The translations under genes and the position numbers were made by a program. Source: Cytophagaceae bacterium (GTDB lineage: Bacteria > Bacteroidota > Bacteroidia > Bacteroidales > Marinilabiliaceae). Taken from it: 42,489 bases of DNA. Positions 1 through 9,019 of this stretch are shown in pieces. Below the pieces are notes generated by a model that had not been told where the DNA came from, did no database searches, and saw only the letters and a program-made list of their open reading frames with translations. The stretch covers positions 1 through 42,489 of the forward strand of contig JAITVO010000348.1 of NCBI GenBank assembly GCA_031285765.1, read 5' to 3'. The stretch's first letter is position 1; each line of letters opens with the position of its first letter.

Positions 1-109
1 TCTAAAAACTCCAATTTCTTCGTTATGCTTCGGACGATAAAATGCTCATTTACGTTCATGTAAACTGCGCTTTTATCGCCTCGCAAGCCTCGAACTTTGA
101 GTTTTTAGA
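1..109. repeat. ~109-bp imperfect palindrome with perfect 11-bp terminal inverted repeats (tctaaaaactc ... gagtttttaga); MITE-like or structured element, possibly cut by the window edge
   Basis: The termini are exact reverse complements. The internal arms share cgataaaa/ttttatcg and tttac/gtaaa around a central loop. Confidence 0.4.
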
Positions 110-325
110 GGTTCCCTAATGACAACGGATTTTTTTATGCTGCTCCGAAAGTAGCTGATACAGCTATGGCGTGAATTACAAACCAGCTTTCGATTCTGCT
201 AAAGAAATGGTCAAAAAAACTGCAATAGAATTATTATTTACAAACTCTCGAACAAGTTCTAAAAATAATTATATTTTTGCACGTGTGATAGATTTTTTTG
301 CATGTTAAGCCCTATTAAATATTAA

Positions 326-836
326 TGGGTTAATCGTATTGAGAATCAAATTGAATTTGAACGGTTGTTTCGCCAGTATTATCCTACATTTTGCAGAATT
401 GCACTTGGCTATGTGCGCGAATATATGGTTGTAGAAGAAATTGTAAACGATGTTTTTGTGAGATTCTGGAACAACCAGTCGCAAATGGACGTTCGCGACT
501 CGCTGAAGAGTTATCTTTTTAAATCGGTTCAAAATGTATCTGTTGATTATTTACGTGCCAACTGTAAACGCAAACAGCACACATCGTATTATAGACGACA
601 CACAACATTGGCTTATTTTGGTGAGAATCCGCTTGATTATATCATCAGTGATGAAACTGAACAAAAGATAATGAAAGCAGCAGACTAACTTCCCAAACGC
701 TATCAGCTGACTTTCAAGTTAAACCGTATTGACCAGCTTAGTTACGACGAATATCCATATTGAACCGTATGAAAGGCTTGGGTCGAAAACGGAATATGCA
801 TCGAGTGCGGCAATAATCGATTTTTAATTAAATAGT
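326..836 (+). pseudogene. Decayed ECF-type sigma-70 factor
   Basis: The translation shows sigma region 2 (ERLFRQYYPTFCRIALGYV...DVFVRFW). It is followed in the same frame by region-4-like LPKRYQLTFKLNRIDQLSYDE, interrupted by in-frame stops at 686-688, 761-763 and 770-772. There is no ATG start; the frame opens right after a TAA at 323-325. Confidence 0.6.
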
Positions 837-838
837 AT

Positions 839-846
839 TATCTTTG
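839..846 (+). promoter_or_regulatory. Bacteroidota-type -7 promoter box TAtcTTTG upstream of the metal-uptake operon
   Basis: Exact match to TAnnTTTG, 22 nt upstream of the ATG at 868. Confidence 0.4.
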
Positions 847-867
847 CAGTTGTAAAATATAAACACC

Positions 868-1752
868 ATGATTAAGTCAATATCACAATTCACCCTGTTT
901 TTTGTTTCGATAAATATCATTTTGTCGGGGTGCGGAACACGCAGGGCAAGCCACGATAAAACAATTATTTCGGTAAACATTATGCCCGAAAAATATTTTA
1001 TCGACCGACTTACAGGCTCTTCGCTCGAAGTGAATGTAATGCTGCCGCCCGGCGCAAATCATGCTACGTATTCGCCCACGCCGCAGCAGTTCAAAAAACT
1101 CTCGGACTCGAGGCTCTACATCGAAATCGGACATCTGGGTTTTGAGCAGGCATGGTCGCACCGACTGAAAGAGCTGAATCCATCGATAAAAGTTCTGAAT
1201 CTTTCGGAAAAAACAGCACTCATACACGGAACTTCCACGCAGCACGGTGCTCATTCGCACGAAGGCGGCATCGACCCGCATATTTGGATGTCGCCCAAAG
1301 TGATGGCTGCATTGATATACGAAATTAAAAACGCCATTGCCGAGTCTTTTCCCGAAATGCGAGAAGCAGTTGAAGCGAATTATCCGCAGTTACTGTCTGA
1401 AATAAAAGATAAAGACCGGAAAATGTGCGTACTCGCAGCAAGTTTGTCGCGCAAGGAATTTCTGATATTTCACCCCGCCCTCACCTATATCGAACGCGAT
1501 TACGGCTTTACGCAAATTCCCGTTGAATTTGAAGGCAAAGAGCCTTCGACAGCCCGCTTGGTATCAACCATTGAACTCGCTCTAAGCCACAACATTTCCG
1601 TGATATTTGTTCAAGAAGAGTACGACATCCGCAACGCCGAACTGATTGCCAAAGAAACAGACGCTACACCCGTGCGAATCAATCCGATGGCTTACGATTG
1701 GATGAAATCAATCGACGACGTCATCACAGCGTTTCAAAACCATTTGCAATGA
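868..1752 (+). CDS. znuA: Metal (probably zinc) ABC transporter substrate-binding lipoprotein, ZnuA/TroA family
   Basis: Lipoprotein signal ...ILSGC. Family motifs DPHIWMSP and FHPALTY. His-rich loop HGAHSHEGG typical of Zn-specific members. Confidence 0.85.
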   Translation: MIKSISQFTLFFVSINIILSGCGTRRASHDKTIISVNIMPEKYFIDRLTGSSLEVNVMLPPGANHATYSPTPQQFKKLSDSRLYIEIGHLGFEQAWSHRLKELNPSIKVLNLSEKTALIHGTSTQHGAHSHEGGIDPHIWMSPKVMAALIYEIKNAIAESFPEMREAVEANYPQLLSEIKDKDRKMCVLAASLSRKEFLIFHPALTYIERDYGFTQIPVEFEGKEPSTARLVSTIELALSHNISVIFVQEEYDIRNAELIAKETDATPVRINPMAYDWMKSIDDVITAFQNHLQ

Positions 1753-2501
1753 ACAAACTGCTTGTATCAGTCCGTGCCGTTACAGCGGGTTACAACGTCG
1801 CCGACCCTGTGTTGAGAGATGTTTCGCTGGATATTTTCGGTAACGATTTTATTGGCGTTATCGGACCAAATGGCGGCGGCAAAACTACGCTCATAAAAAT
1901 AATATTAAGGATTATTCAGCCTTTCAAGGGTGAAGTCGCTTTTCCGTCGGGCAAAATCACTACCGGCTATCTGCCGCAGGCGTCGCAAATCGACCGCAAC
2001 TTTCCCATCACTGTTCAAGATGTTGTTTTTGCAGGCATCAAACCCAAAAACAGGTGGTTGCCGACTCTGTCGAAACATCAAAAAGAACATGCAAAAGAGT
2101 TGTTGAGTAATGCCGGACTTGCCGATTATGTACGTCGTCCGATTGGCGAACTCTCGGGCGGACAGCTTCAGCGCGTACTGCTTTGCCGAGCTTTAACAGG
2201 CAATCCCGATTTGCTGATTCTCGACGAACCAAGCACTTACGTGGATAAGAATTTTGAAAACGATTTGTACGAATGGTTGAAAAAACTAAACAGCCGAATG
2301 GCGATTGTGCTTGTTTCGCACGATATTGGCACGATTGCTTCGATGGTGAAGTCGATAGCCTGCGTAAATTCCACGCTGCACTATCACGAATCAGGCGAAA
2401 TAACCGACGAACTGCTTGCTATTTATAACTGCCCCATTGATTTGGTTGCACACGGAACTATTCCCCACAGGGTGCTGGGACGGCACGGAAATGTTACATA
2501 A
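1749..2501 (+). CDS. znuC: Metal ABC transporter ATP-binding protein
   Basis: Walker A GPNGGGKTT, signature LSGGQLQR, Walker B LLILDEP. The ATG at 1749 overlaps the znuA stop (ATGA), so I prefer it over the longer ORF start at 1698. Confidence 0.85.
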   Translation: MNKLLVSVRAVTAGYNVADPVLRDVSLDIFGNDFIGVIGPNGGGKTTLIKIILRIIQPFKGEVAFPSGKITTGYLPQASQIDRNFPITVQDVVFAGIKPKNRWLPTLSKHQKEHAKELLSNAGLADYVRRPIGELSGGQLQRVLLCRALTGNPDLLILDEPSTYVDKNFENDLYEWLKKLNSRMAIVLVSHDIGTIASMVKSIACVNSTLHYHESGEITDELLAIYNCPIDLVAHGTIPHRVLGRHGNVT

Positions 2502-2538
2502 CAGTTGTTGATATTCAAATAAATGAAAAATGATGTTT

Positions 2539-2597
2539 GGCTAAAGCCGATAAATTTTCGACTACTTATACCGTCTGTTAAAACTGACGACAATGAA
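2539..2597. repeat. Dispersed intergenic module (ggctaaagcc ... ctgttaaaactgac ... caatgaa), related to the one at 8092-8215
   Basis: gctaaagcc plus caatgaa occur at both sites. ctgttaaaactgac appears near-reverse-complemented as gtcagttttagctg at 8140-8153. Confidence 0.45.
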
Positions 2598-2646
2598 CCG
2601 TTTTTTAATATTCATTGGCAACGGATTAAGTGCCAACAAAACAACA

Positions 2647-2679
2647 AACCCTAACAAAGTTTAGACCCCTGTTAGGGTT
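2647..2679. other. Perfect 10-bp stem / 13-nt loop hairpin (aaccctaaca ... tgttagggtt) in the znuC-znuB spacer
   Basis: The arms are exact reverse complements. Confidence 0.5.
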
Positions 2680-2745
2680 AGAGCAGGAAGCAAGCCTGAT
2701 TTTGACAATTATTTTTTAGAAACTATATAAAAACACATTCCAAAA

Positions 2746-3573
2746 ATGAACGACCTCATCTCGCTATTCGATTATCTTTTTTTTAGAAATGCAGTTATTG
2801 CAACAATTCTCACAGGCATATTGGCAGCAATGACAGGCACTTACATTGTATCGCGAAAAATTGTTTTTATCAGCGGCGGAATCACGCACGCCTCGTTTGG
2901 AGGCATTGGGATGGCTTACTATCTTGGGCTGAATCCGTTTTTGGGCGCCGCAACATTCTCCATTCTGTCGGCGCTCGGTGTCGAATGGATATCGAACAAA
3001 GCGAAGATACGCGAGGACAGCGCTATTGCCATTCTCTGGTCGTTTGGCATGGCAATAGGAATTATTTTCGTATTTCTCACACCCGGCTACACGCCCAATC
3101 TGATGAGTTTTCTTTTTGGAAGCATCCTCTCGGTAGGCACAGCCGATTTATGGATGGTTGCCGCGCTTGCAGCCGTTACTGCCCTGTTTATGACTGTTTT
3201 TTACCGTCCCGTTGTGTACTCGGCATTCGACCCCGAATTTTCAAAGACGATGGGTGTCCGCGTTAATTTTTACCGTTATGCGATGTCGATTCTTATTGCC
3301 TGTTCCATTGTAATAAGTATTCGCACAATGGGCATCATACTTGTTTTGAGCCTTTTCACCATACCTCAGTCCACCGCTATGCTTTTCACAAAAGAGTTCC
3401 ATAAAATCATATTTCTTTCGATAATCTTTGGCATCGCCGGCTCCCTGCTGGGATTGTTTTCGTCTTACGCAATGAACATCCCTTCGGGCGCAAGCATCAT
3501 CTTTGGGCTGACGGCGCTTTACTTTTTTTTCAAAGCAGTTGTTGTGATTTGGCGTTTCGTACAAAAACAATAA
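2746..3573 (+). CDS. znuB: Metal ABC transporter permease (ABC-3 family)
   Basis: 275-aa polytopic membrane protein resembling ZnuB/TroC-type permeases, in a znuA/znuC context. Confidence 0.85.
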   Translation: MNDLISLFDYLFFRNAVIATILTGILAAMTGTYIVSRKIVFISGGITHASFGGIGMAYYLGLNPFLGAATFSILSALGVEWISNKAKIREDSAIAILWSFGMAIGIIFVFLTPGYTPNLMSFLFGSILSVGTADLWMVAALAAVTALFMTVFYRPVVYSAFDPEFSKTMGVRVNFYRYAMSILIACSIVISIRTMGIILVLSLFTIPQSTAMLFTKEFHKIIFLSIIFGIAGSLLGLFSSYAMNIPSGASIIFGLTALYFFFKAVVVIWRFVQKQ

Positions 3574-3762
3574 GGGCATACATCTGGCGATTACAATTTT
3601 AAACACATCCATCAGTATCACCATGCCCCGTACTCAAATTATAATATATATTCTAAAAATTACTTACTCAATTTTTTTTGAGTATATCATTTGGCTTCAG
3701 GCAAGTTGATGAAAGTTTCCAAAATTTTGCGATACGTTATTTAAGTGTCTGTAAATTATAAT

Positions 3763-3913
3763 TAAGTATGAATCAAAAATTAATTTACACTAAAAGTAAA
3801 CCACAATGAGCACAAAGTTGTTTACAAAGGACACTGTGTCTTTGCGAACCTTGTGTGTTCTTTGCGAACTTTGTGGTAAAAGATTGTATCAATTAATTTA
3901 TGTTGGGTACTTA
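3763..3913. mobile_element. MITE-like element, copy 1 (151 bp)
   Basis: Near-identical to 13442-13602. Imperfect terminal inverted repeats (taagtatgaatcaaaaattaattta vs the reverse complement of tcaattaatttatgttgggtactta). Internal ccacaaag...ctttgtgg hairpin. Flanked by TA. Lies 12 nt from an IS630-like transposase relic. Confidence 0.6.
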
Positions 3914-3924
3914 TATTAATATTT

Positions 3925-4100
3925 TTCACATATACCACCAGATTCTTTCTACTGGATTGAGGTTAGTGAGTATGTGGGCAAGTGTTTGATTTCAATCATA
4001 GTATGCGCATCCAGAAAGGTCTTTAACGATTTTTCGGGATGAAAACGGGCATTGTTAACATAAAAAAAAATTGGAAACTTTGCTTGGAAACATCCAAAAA
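3925..4100 (-). pseudogene. IS630/Tc1-mariner family transposase C-terminal relic (frameshifted, truncated)
   Basis: The minus-strand translation reads KFPIFFYVNNARFHPEKSLKTFLDAHTMIEIKHLPTYS. After a 1-nt frameshift it continues NLNPVERIWWYM*. This matches the DDE-region pattern DNA.FH...LP.YSP.LNP.E..W. Confidence 0.6.
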
Positions 4101-4240
4101 AACGATTTTATCGAATAAAATCGTTTATAACATCTGATAATTTGAAATTATTTTATAAAATCACCCAGTATAATCCCCCAAAATAATAGTTTTTTTTGCA
4201 AAGAGACAATGATTCGTGTTTCTACAAAAAAGCATTAAAA

Positions 4241-4275
4241 AAAAGCCTCCATATAGAAATAATATGGAGGCTTTT
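4241..4275 (-). terminator. Rho-independent terminator downstream of rplY
   Basis: Perfect 14-bp stem (aaaagcctccatat / atatggaggctttt) with a 7-nt loop, and A/T runs on both sides, so it could work in both directions. Confidence 0.75.
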
Positions 4276-4291
4276 ATCGTAAAATAACGAA

Positions 4292-4858
4292 TTATTTTTG
4301 AGCGGCGGCGCGGGCTGCTCTTGTAAGTTTTACGGAAACTACAACCGAGTTTTTGGCATTCAAAAATTCCAGATTCGGAAATTCAACTTGTCCCACTTGA
4401 ATAGTTTTACCAAGTCCAAGATGCGAAATGTCGATTTTTACTTCATCGGGTAAATCTTTTGCCAATCCTCTTACGCGAAGTTTTCGCTGTTCGAGTTGCA
4501 ACTTACCCCCTGCCTTTACGCCTTCGGCAAGTCCTTCGAGCTGAACAGGGATTTCGATAACAATCGGTTTGTCTTCAAAAATCTGGAGAAAATCGATGTG
4601 TAACAGTTTATCGGTAACAGGATGGTACTGCAAATCCTTAATGACTGCGTCATACTTTTTGCCTTCCACATCCAACGATACAAGATAAACATGCGGAGTG
4701 TAAATCAGTTTGTTCAGTTCTTTTTCGAGCGAAGTGAAATGAACAACTTCTTTTCCGCCATAAAGTACCCCCGGTACTAACTCTTCTTTGCGGAATTGTT
4801 TGGTGGCTTTTTTGCCCAAATCGCGGCGTTCTGCCGCCTTAATCTCAATCTTTTGCAT
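4292..4858 (-). CDS. rplY: 50S ribosomal protein L25 / general stress protein Ctc
   Basis: 188 aa with the typical L25/Ctc sequence (GKKATKQFRKEELVPGVLYG...). Confidence 0.9.
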   Translation of the reverse strand: MQKIEIKAAERRDLGKKATKQFRKEELVPGVLYGGKEVVHFTSLEKELNKLIYTPHVYLVSLDVEGKKYDAVIKDLQYHPVTDKLLHIDFLQIFEDKPIVIEIPVQLEGLAEGVKAGGKLQLEQRKLRVRGLAKDLPDEVKIDISHLGLGKTIQVGQVEFPNLEFLNAKNSVVVSVKLTRAARAAAQK

Positions 4859-4945
4859 TGTTTAAAAAAAAATTGTGTTACTCAAAATTAAGTTTCGAAT
4901 GATGTGCTTAATCTCCCATCACACGAGCCCCTTTGAATGGGGGCG

Positions 4946-4953
4946 CAAAGATA
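4946..4953 (-). promoter_or_regulatory. -7 box TAtcTTTG upstream of rplY
   Basis: Exact TAnnTTTG on the minus strand, ~88 nt upstream of the rplY ATG and just after the prs stop. Confidence 0.35.
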
Positions 4954-4957
4954 GTAA

Positions 4958-5896
4958 TTAAATTAGAAAATGCGTGCTTATCGACTGACAATTATAAACA
5001 CCGTTGATTGTTTCGGACAGTAACGGTGCAATACTCAACACTTTAATTTTGTTAGAACTTTGCCGCAACGGAATTGAATCGGTAACGTAAACTTCGGTCA
5101 GTGCCGAATTTTCAATCAGTTCGTAAGCCTTTCCCGACAAAACGGGATGGGTTGCAAAGGCTCTTACGCTCACAGCGCCTGCCGTCATCATCATGTCAGA
5201 CGCTTTGGTCATTGTTCCTGCGGTATCGATCATGTCGTCAAGAATGATTACATTTTTTCCTTCCACATCGCCGATAATTCGCATATCGTCAATCACATTG
5301 GCTTTTGAGCGATATTTGTGGCATATCACCATCGGCACTTCAAACAGCTTTGCGTAGGTGTTTGCTCTTTTGGTACCGCCAACGTCAGGCGACGCTACGA
5401 CCATATCTTTCAGATTAAGCTGTTTGATGTACGGCGCAAAGATGCTCGACGCATACAAATGGTCAACAGGAATGTTAAAAAATCCTTGAATCTGGTCGGC
5501 ATGTAAATCCATCGTAACCAAACGGTCGATACCTGCGGTCGACAGCATGTCGGCAACCAATTTTGCGCCAATCGACACACGCGGCTGGTCTTTCCTGTCC
5601 TGACGCGCGAATCCGAAATAGGGCACTACGGCAATAATTTTGTAAGCCGATGCGCGTTTGGCAGCGTCAATCATCATCAACAGTTCAAAAAGGTTGTCAG
5701 CAGGTGGAAATGTTGATTGAACAAGAAAAACATGCGCACCGCGAACGGTTTCTTCGTAGGCTGTAGCAAATTCGCCATCGCTGAATTTGGTTAACTGTAC
5801 GTTTCCAAGCTGACAGCCCGCGCACGAACATATTTTTTGAGCAAGATAGCGGGTTGCAGAACCCGCAAAAATCTTAAATGGTGTTTTAGGAGGCAT
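4958..5896 (-). CDS. prs: Ribose-phosphate pyrophosphokinase
   Basis: 312 aa with motifs VVPYFGFARQDRK, DLHADQIQGFF and DDMIDTAGT. Confidence 0.95.
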   Translation of the reverse strand: MPPKTPFKIFAGSATRYLAQKICSCAGCQLGNVQLTKFSDGEFATAYEETVRGAHVFLVQSTFPPADNLFELLMMIDAAKRASAYKIIAVVPYFGFARQDRKDQPRVSIGAKLVADMLSTAGIDRLVTMDLHADQIQGFFNIPVDHLYASSIFAPYIKQLNLKDMVVASPDVGGTKRANTYAKLFEVPMVICHKYRSKANVIDDMRIIGDVEGKNVIILDDMIDTAGTMTKASDMMMTAGAVSVRAFATHPVLSGKAYELIENSALTEVYVTDSIPLRQSSNKIKVLSIAPLLSETINGVYNCQSISTHFLI

Positions 5897-5941
5897 TAAA
5901 ACAAGTGTTTATCTGTTTTTATACAATCGTAATTTGCGCTG

Positions 5942-5949
5942 CAAATATA
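5942..5949 (-). promoter_or_regulatory. -7 box TAtaTTTG upstream of prs
   Basis: Exact TAnnTTTG on the minus strand, 46 nt upstream of the ATG. Confidence 0.4.
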
Positions 5950-6263
5950 AGTAAAAACCATTTCGTTGATACATATATCGTGGAAAAGTGTTGAATATCT
6001 ATATTTTTATTCCCTGCTATTCGATAAAAGATAATAGATGGAAGCCGATAGCTGCCATTTTAATTTATTAGTTTACATATAGTTACTATCAAATAATTTA
6101 AGATTGGCAGAACCAAATTCTTCTATAGCATCAGTACAGGGTAACATCCTCAAATATTTTATATTGATTGATACCATTTTACACATCAAAACAAAAAATA
6201 ATTGCGCCGAACTTTTGTAATTACGCCGAAAAGTCGCAAATTTGGCAGATTTTTATAATACTT

Positions 6264-7403
6264 ATGGCATTTGTTGTACCTACACTATTCGAAATTATTT
6301 GTTTGGCGCTGATAGCCGCGTCGTTTTTGTTTCAGCTGTGGTTTTTGTTTCGGAGGGTTTATCATCTGATTGGCAAAAATAATGCTAATCTCTTAGAAAC
6401 GTCTTTCACGCCACCTGTTTCTGTAATTGTTTGCGCCAAAAACGAAGCTGATAATCTGAAAAAGTTTCTTCCGGCGGTGCTTGCGCAGAATTATCCCGAA
6501 TATCAGGTTATTGTGGTAAATGACAGTTCGGAAGACGACTCGGAAATGACGCTTGCACAAATCAAAAGCAAATATCCGCACCTTTATTTTACAACCATCC
6601 CTTATGATAGAAACTTTAAACACGGGAAAAAACTCGCGATTTCGGTTGGCGTTAAAGCTGCAGCGCACAATTATCTGGTTTTTACTGATGCCGACTGCCT
6701 GCCTGCAAGCGAAAACTGGTTGAAAAATATGGTTTGTGGTTTTGCACCAGCCGGAAAAGAAATTGTTCTCGGCTTTGGTGGATACATGAAACAGAAAGGA
6801 TTTATCAACTTTTTGACACGCTACGATACATTCTTTATTGCTATGCAATACATGGGCTTTGCATTGAGTGGAAAACCTTACATGGGCGTCGGTCGAAATC
6901 TTGCCTATAAAAAAGAGCTGTTCGTGAAAAATAACGGGATGAAGAATCATGTCGCCATTTTGTCGGGCGACGACGACCTTTTTGTTAAAGAAACATCAAC
7001 CTGCAAAAACGTTTCGGTGGTAAATATTCTCGAAGCGCATACTTATTCGTTGCCTCCCAAAACAATGAGAGAATGGCTTACGCAAAAAGCGCGTCATCTT
7101 TCTACGGCGGGGTATTACCGAAACTCTATTAAATACGAACTCTTTTTTGAACCTTTCAGTCGCGAAATATTGTGGCTCACTGCTCTTATTATGATTATTT
7201 TTAATAATTTTGCCGCCGCAACTGGAGGTGTATTAGTAATCAATTTGGTTGTCAAGATAATTATATGGCAAAAAATTGCAAAGCTGTTAAATCAGGGGAA
7301 ATTATTCTGGGGCGTTTTGCTGTTCGACTTTATTCATCCGTGGTTACTGTTATGGGCATTTTTTGTAAATAAATTAGGTAGAAACAAAAAAAGATGGAAG
7401 TAG
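6264..7403 (+). CDS. Family 2 glycosyltransferase, membrane-anchored
   Basis: GT2 motifs VSVIVCAKNE, VVNDSSEDD and TDADC, with flanking TM segments. I prefer the ATG at 6264 over the TTG at 6168. Confidence 0.8.
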   Translation: MAFVVPTLFEIICLALIAASFLFQLWFLFRRVYHLIGKNNANLLETSFTPPVSVIVCAKNEADNLKKFLPAVLAQNYPEYQVIVVNDSSEDDSEMTLAQIKSKYPHLYFTTIPYDRNFKHGKKLAISVGVKAAAHNYLVFTDADCLPASENWLKNMVCGFAPAGKEIVLGFGGYMKQKGFINFLTRYDTFFIAMQYMGFALSGKPYMGVGRNLAYKKELFVKNNGMKNHVAILSGDDDLFVKETSTCKNVSVVNILEAHTYSLPPKTMREWLTQKARHLSTAGYYRNSIKYELFFEPFSREILWLTALIMIIFNNFAAATGGVLVINLVVKIIIWQKIAKLLNQGKLFWGVLLFDFIHPWLLLWAFFVNKLGRNKKRWK

Positions 7404-8002
7404 TAAATCCCAACCTTTCGGATAAGGCGAGGTTCGATGCTGAACTTGTTGAGCAGGCTATCAAAGGCAATCAGAAAGCCTTTGCCGAATTAATGAATAG
7501 ATACCGCGATGCCATTTACTTTATGCTGTTAAAAATGGTTACTAACAAAACCGATGCCGAAGATTTAACCATCGAGGCTTTTGGCAAAGCTTTCAAATAT
7601 ATCAACCAGTATTCTACAACCTATGCGTTCAGTACATGGCTTTTCAGGATTGCTTCCAATAATTGTATCGATTTTTTGCGAAAGAAAAAGACTAATTCAT
7701 TTGTTTCGATTGACGCAAACTTCGGAGATGAAAAAGAGCAGAGTCCTCAAATTCATTTGAAAGGCGACATGCTCAACCCTGAGGAAACCCTTATTCGAGA
7801 CCAGAAAGTTGTTTTGATGCAAACCGTTGTTAAAAAACTAAAGCCGCGCTATCGTACATTAATCGAATTACGTTATTTTAAAGAATATTCATACGAAGAG
7901 ATTTCGGAGGAACTTGATATGCCTTTGGGAACTGTAAAAGCGCAGTTGTTCAGGGCGCGAGAGCTACTCTACAATACATTGAAAGATACTGATGTTAAAT
8001 AA
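7394..8002 (+). CDS. ECF-type RNA polymerase sigma-70 factor
   Basis: Region 2 (DAEDLTIEAFGKAF...WLFRIASNNCIDFLRKK) and region 4 (LIELRYFKEYSYEEISEELDMPLGTVKAQLFRAR). Overlaps the GT2 stop by 10 nt. Confidence 0.9.
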   Translation: MEVVNPNLSDKARFDAELVEQAIKGNQKAFAELMNRYRDAIYFMLLKMVTNKTDAEDLTIEAFGKAFKYINQYSTTYAFSTWLFRIASNNCIDFLRKKKTNSFVSIDANFGDEKEQSPQIHLKGDMLNPEETLIRDQKVVLMQTVVKKLKPRYRTLIELRYFKEYSYEEISEELDMPLGTVKAQLFRARELLYNTLKDTDVK

Positions 8003-8091
8003 TATAATAGCAGTACCGCAAAAGACCGTTCAAAAAGAAGACGGGTTATTGATGATATATATAAAATTATGTGAATCACAGTTGGTTTTGA

Positions 8092-8215
8092 GCTAAAGCC
8101 AATGGCAATGAATAATGATATAAATTCTGCGTCATAGCTGTCAGTTTTAGCTGATGGAAGGTAGAAAATTGCATTTTGGGGGCTTTAGCCCAAAATGTAA
8201 AAACAGTTTTCTACC
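8092..8215. repeat. Composite intergenic repeat with interleaved inverted repeats (gctaaagcc/ggctttagc and ggtagaaaa/ttttctacc)
   Basis: The arms are exact reverse complements at 8092-8100/8181-8189 and 8160-8168/8207-8215. Shares modules with 2539-2597. Confidence 0.45.
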
Positions 8216-8322
8216 TTTGATTTGCATAAATTACAAATAATAATTGCACAAAATATAAGGATGTGAAGCAAACCATATTCAGTGTAATAATATTGTATTC
8301 ACAACCTTATCATTTGTATAAT

Positions 8323-8377
8323 AATCCACGAAAATCAGTACTATCCGCGTCATCTGCGTTCAAAAAAACTTTTTATC
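8323..8377 (+). repeat. ATCCGCG/GTTCAAAAA-family intergenic repeat
   Basis: aatccacgaaaatcagtactatccgcgtcatctgcgttcaaaaaaactttttatc. Related copies lie at 13213-13303, 17904-17958 (inverted), 29601-29644, 37083-37123 and 41141-41178 (inverted). Confidence 0.5.
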
Positions 8378-8384
8378 AGAAAAT

Positions 8385-9005
8385 ATGGAAATTGTATTAA
8401 AATATTTCGCCGGCTTAACAGAGTTGCAAAAAGAACGCTTCGATGCGCTTGATGCTTTATACAGCGACTGGAACAGCAAAATTAACGTTATTTCGCGCAA
8501 GGATATGGAAAATTTTGCCGAGCATCATGTGCTTCATTCGTTAGCAATCGCTAAATTTATTCGCTTCGCCTCGAACAGCGAAATTATTGATGTGGGTACC
8601 GGTGGTGGATTTCCGGGAATACCGCTTGCAATCATGTTTCCCGAAGCAAGGTTTACGCTGATTGATTCAATCGGCAAAAAAATAAACGTGGTAAATGCTG
8701 TTGCCGAATCGCTTGGTTTGGATAATGTTCAGGCGCATCAAATCCGCTCCGAGTCGTTGAAAAGAAAATACGATTTTGTTGTGAGCCGTGCCGTTGCCTC
8801 GTTGCCCGAATTTGTGAAACAAACGCGGCATTTGATAAGCAGCAAACCGCGTAACGCAATTTCAAACGGCATCCTTTATCTTAAAGGCGGAGATTTAACT
8901 CACGAAATACTTCCTTTCAAGAAAATGTCGTCGATGGTTGAGCTGAAATCATTCTTCAAAGAAGAATATTTCAGTACCAAAAAACTGGTGCATCTGTCGC
9001 TGTGA
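8385..9005 (+). CDS. rsmG: 16S rRNA (guanine527-N7)-methyltransferase
   Basis: 206 aa with SAM motif DVGTGGGFPGIPLAI and GidB/RsmG-like sequence overall. Confidence 0.9.
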   Translation: MEIVLKYFAGLTELQKERFDALDALYSDWNSKINVISRKDMENFAEHHVLHSLAIAKFIRFASNSEIIDVGTGGGFPGIPLAIMFPEARFTLIDSIGKKINVVNAVAESLGLDNVQAHQIRSESLKRKYDFVVSRAVASLPEFVKQTRHLISSKPRNAISNGILYLKGGDLTHEILPFKKMSSMVELKSFFKEEYFSTKKLVHLSL

Positions 9006-9019
9006 GCGAGTGAGGAGTT

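Noticed and set aside
1698-1748. Longer znuC start at 1698
   Set aside because: It would overlap znuA by 55 nt with non-conserved residues. The ATG at 1749 gives a typical ATGA stop-start overlap and a normal ABC ATPase N-terminus.
6393-6950. 185-aa minus-strand ORF inside the GT2 gene, and similar antisense ORFs at 9736-10299 and 12270-12917
   Set aside because: They are antisense to well-supported genes and have no recognisable motifs.
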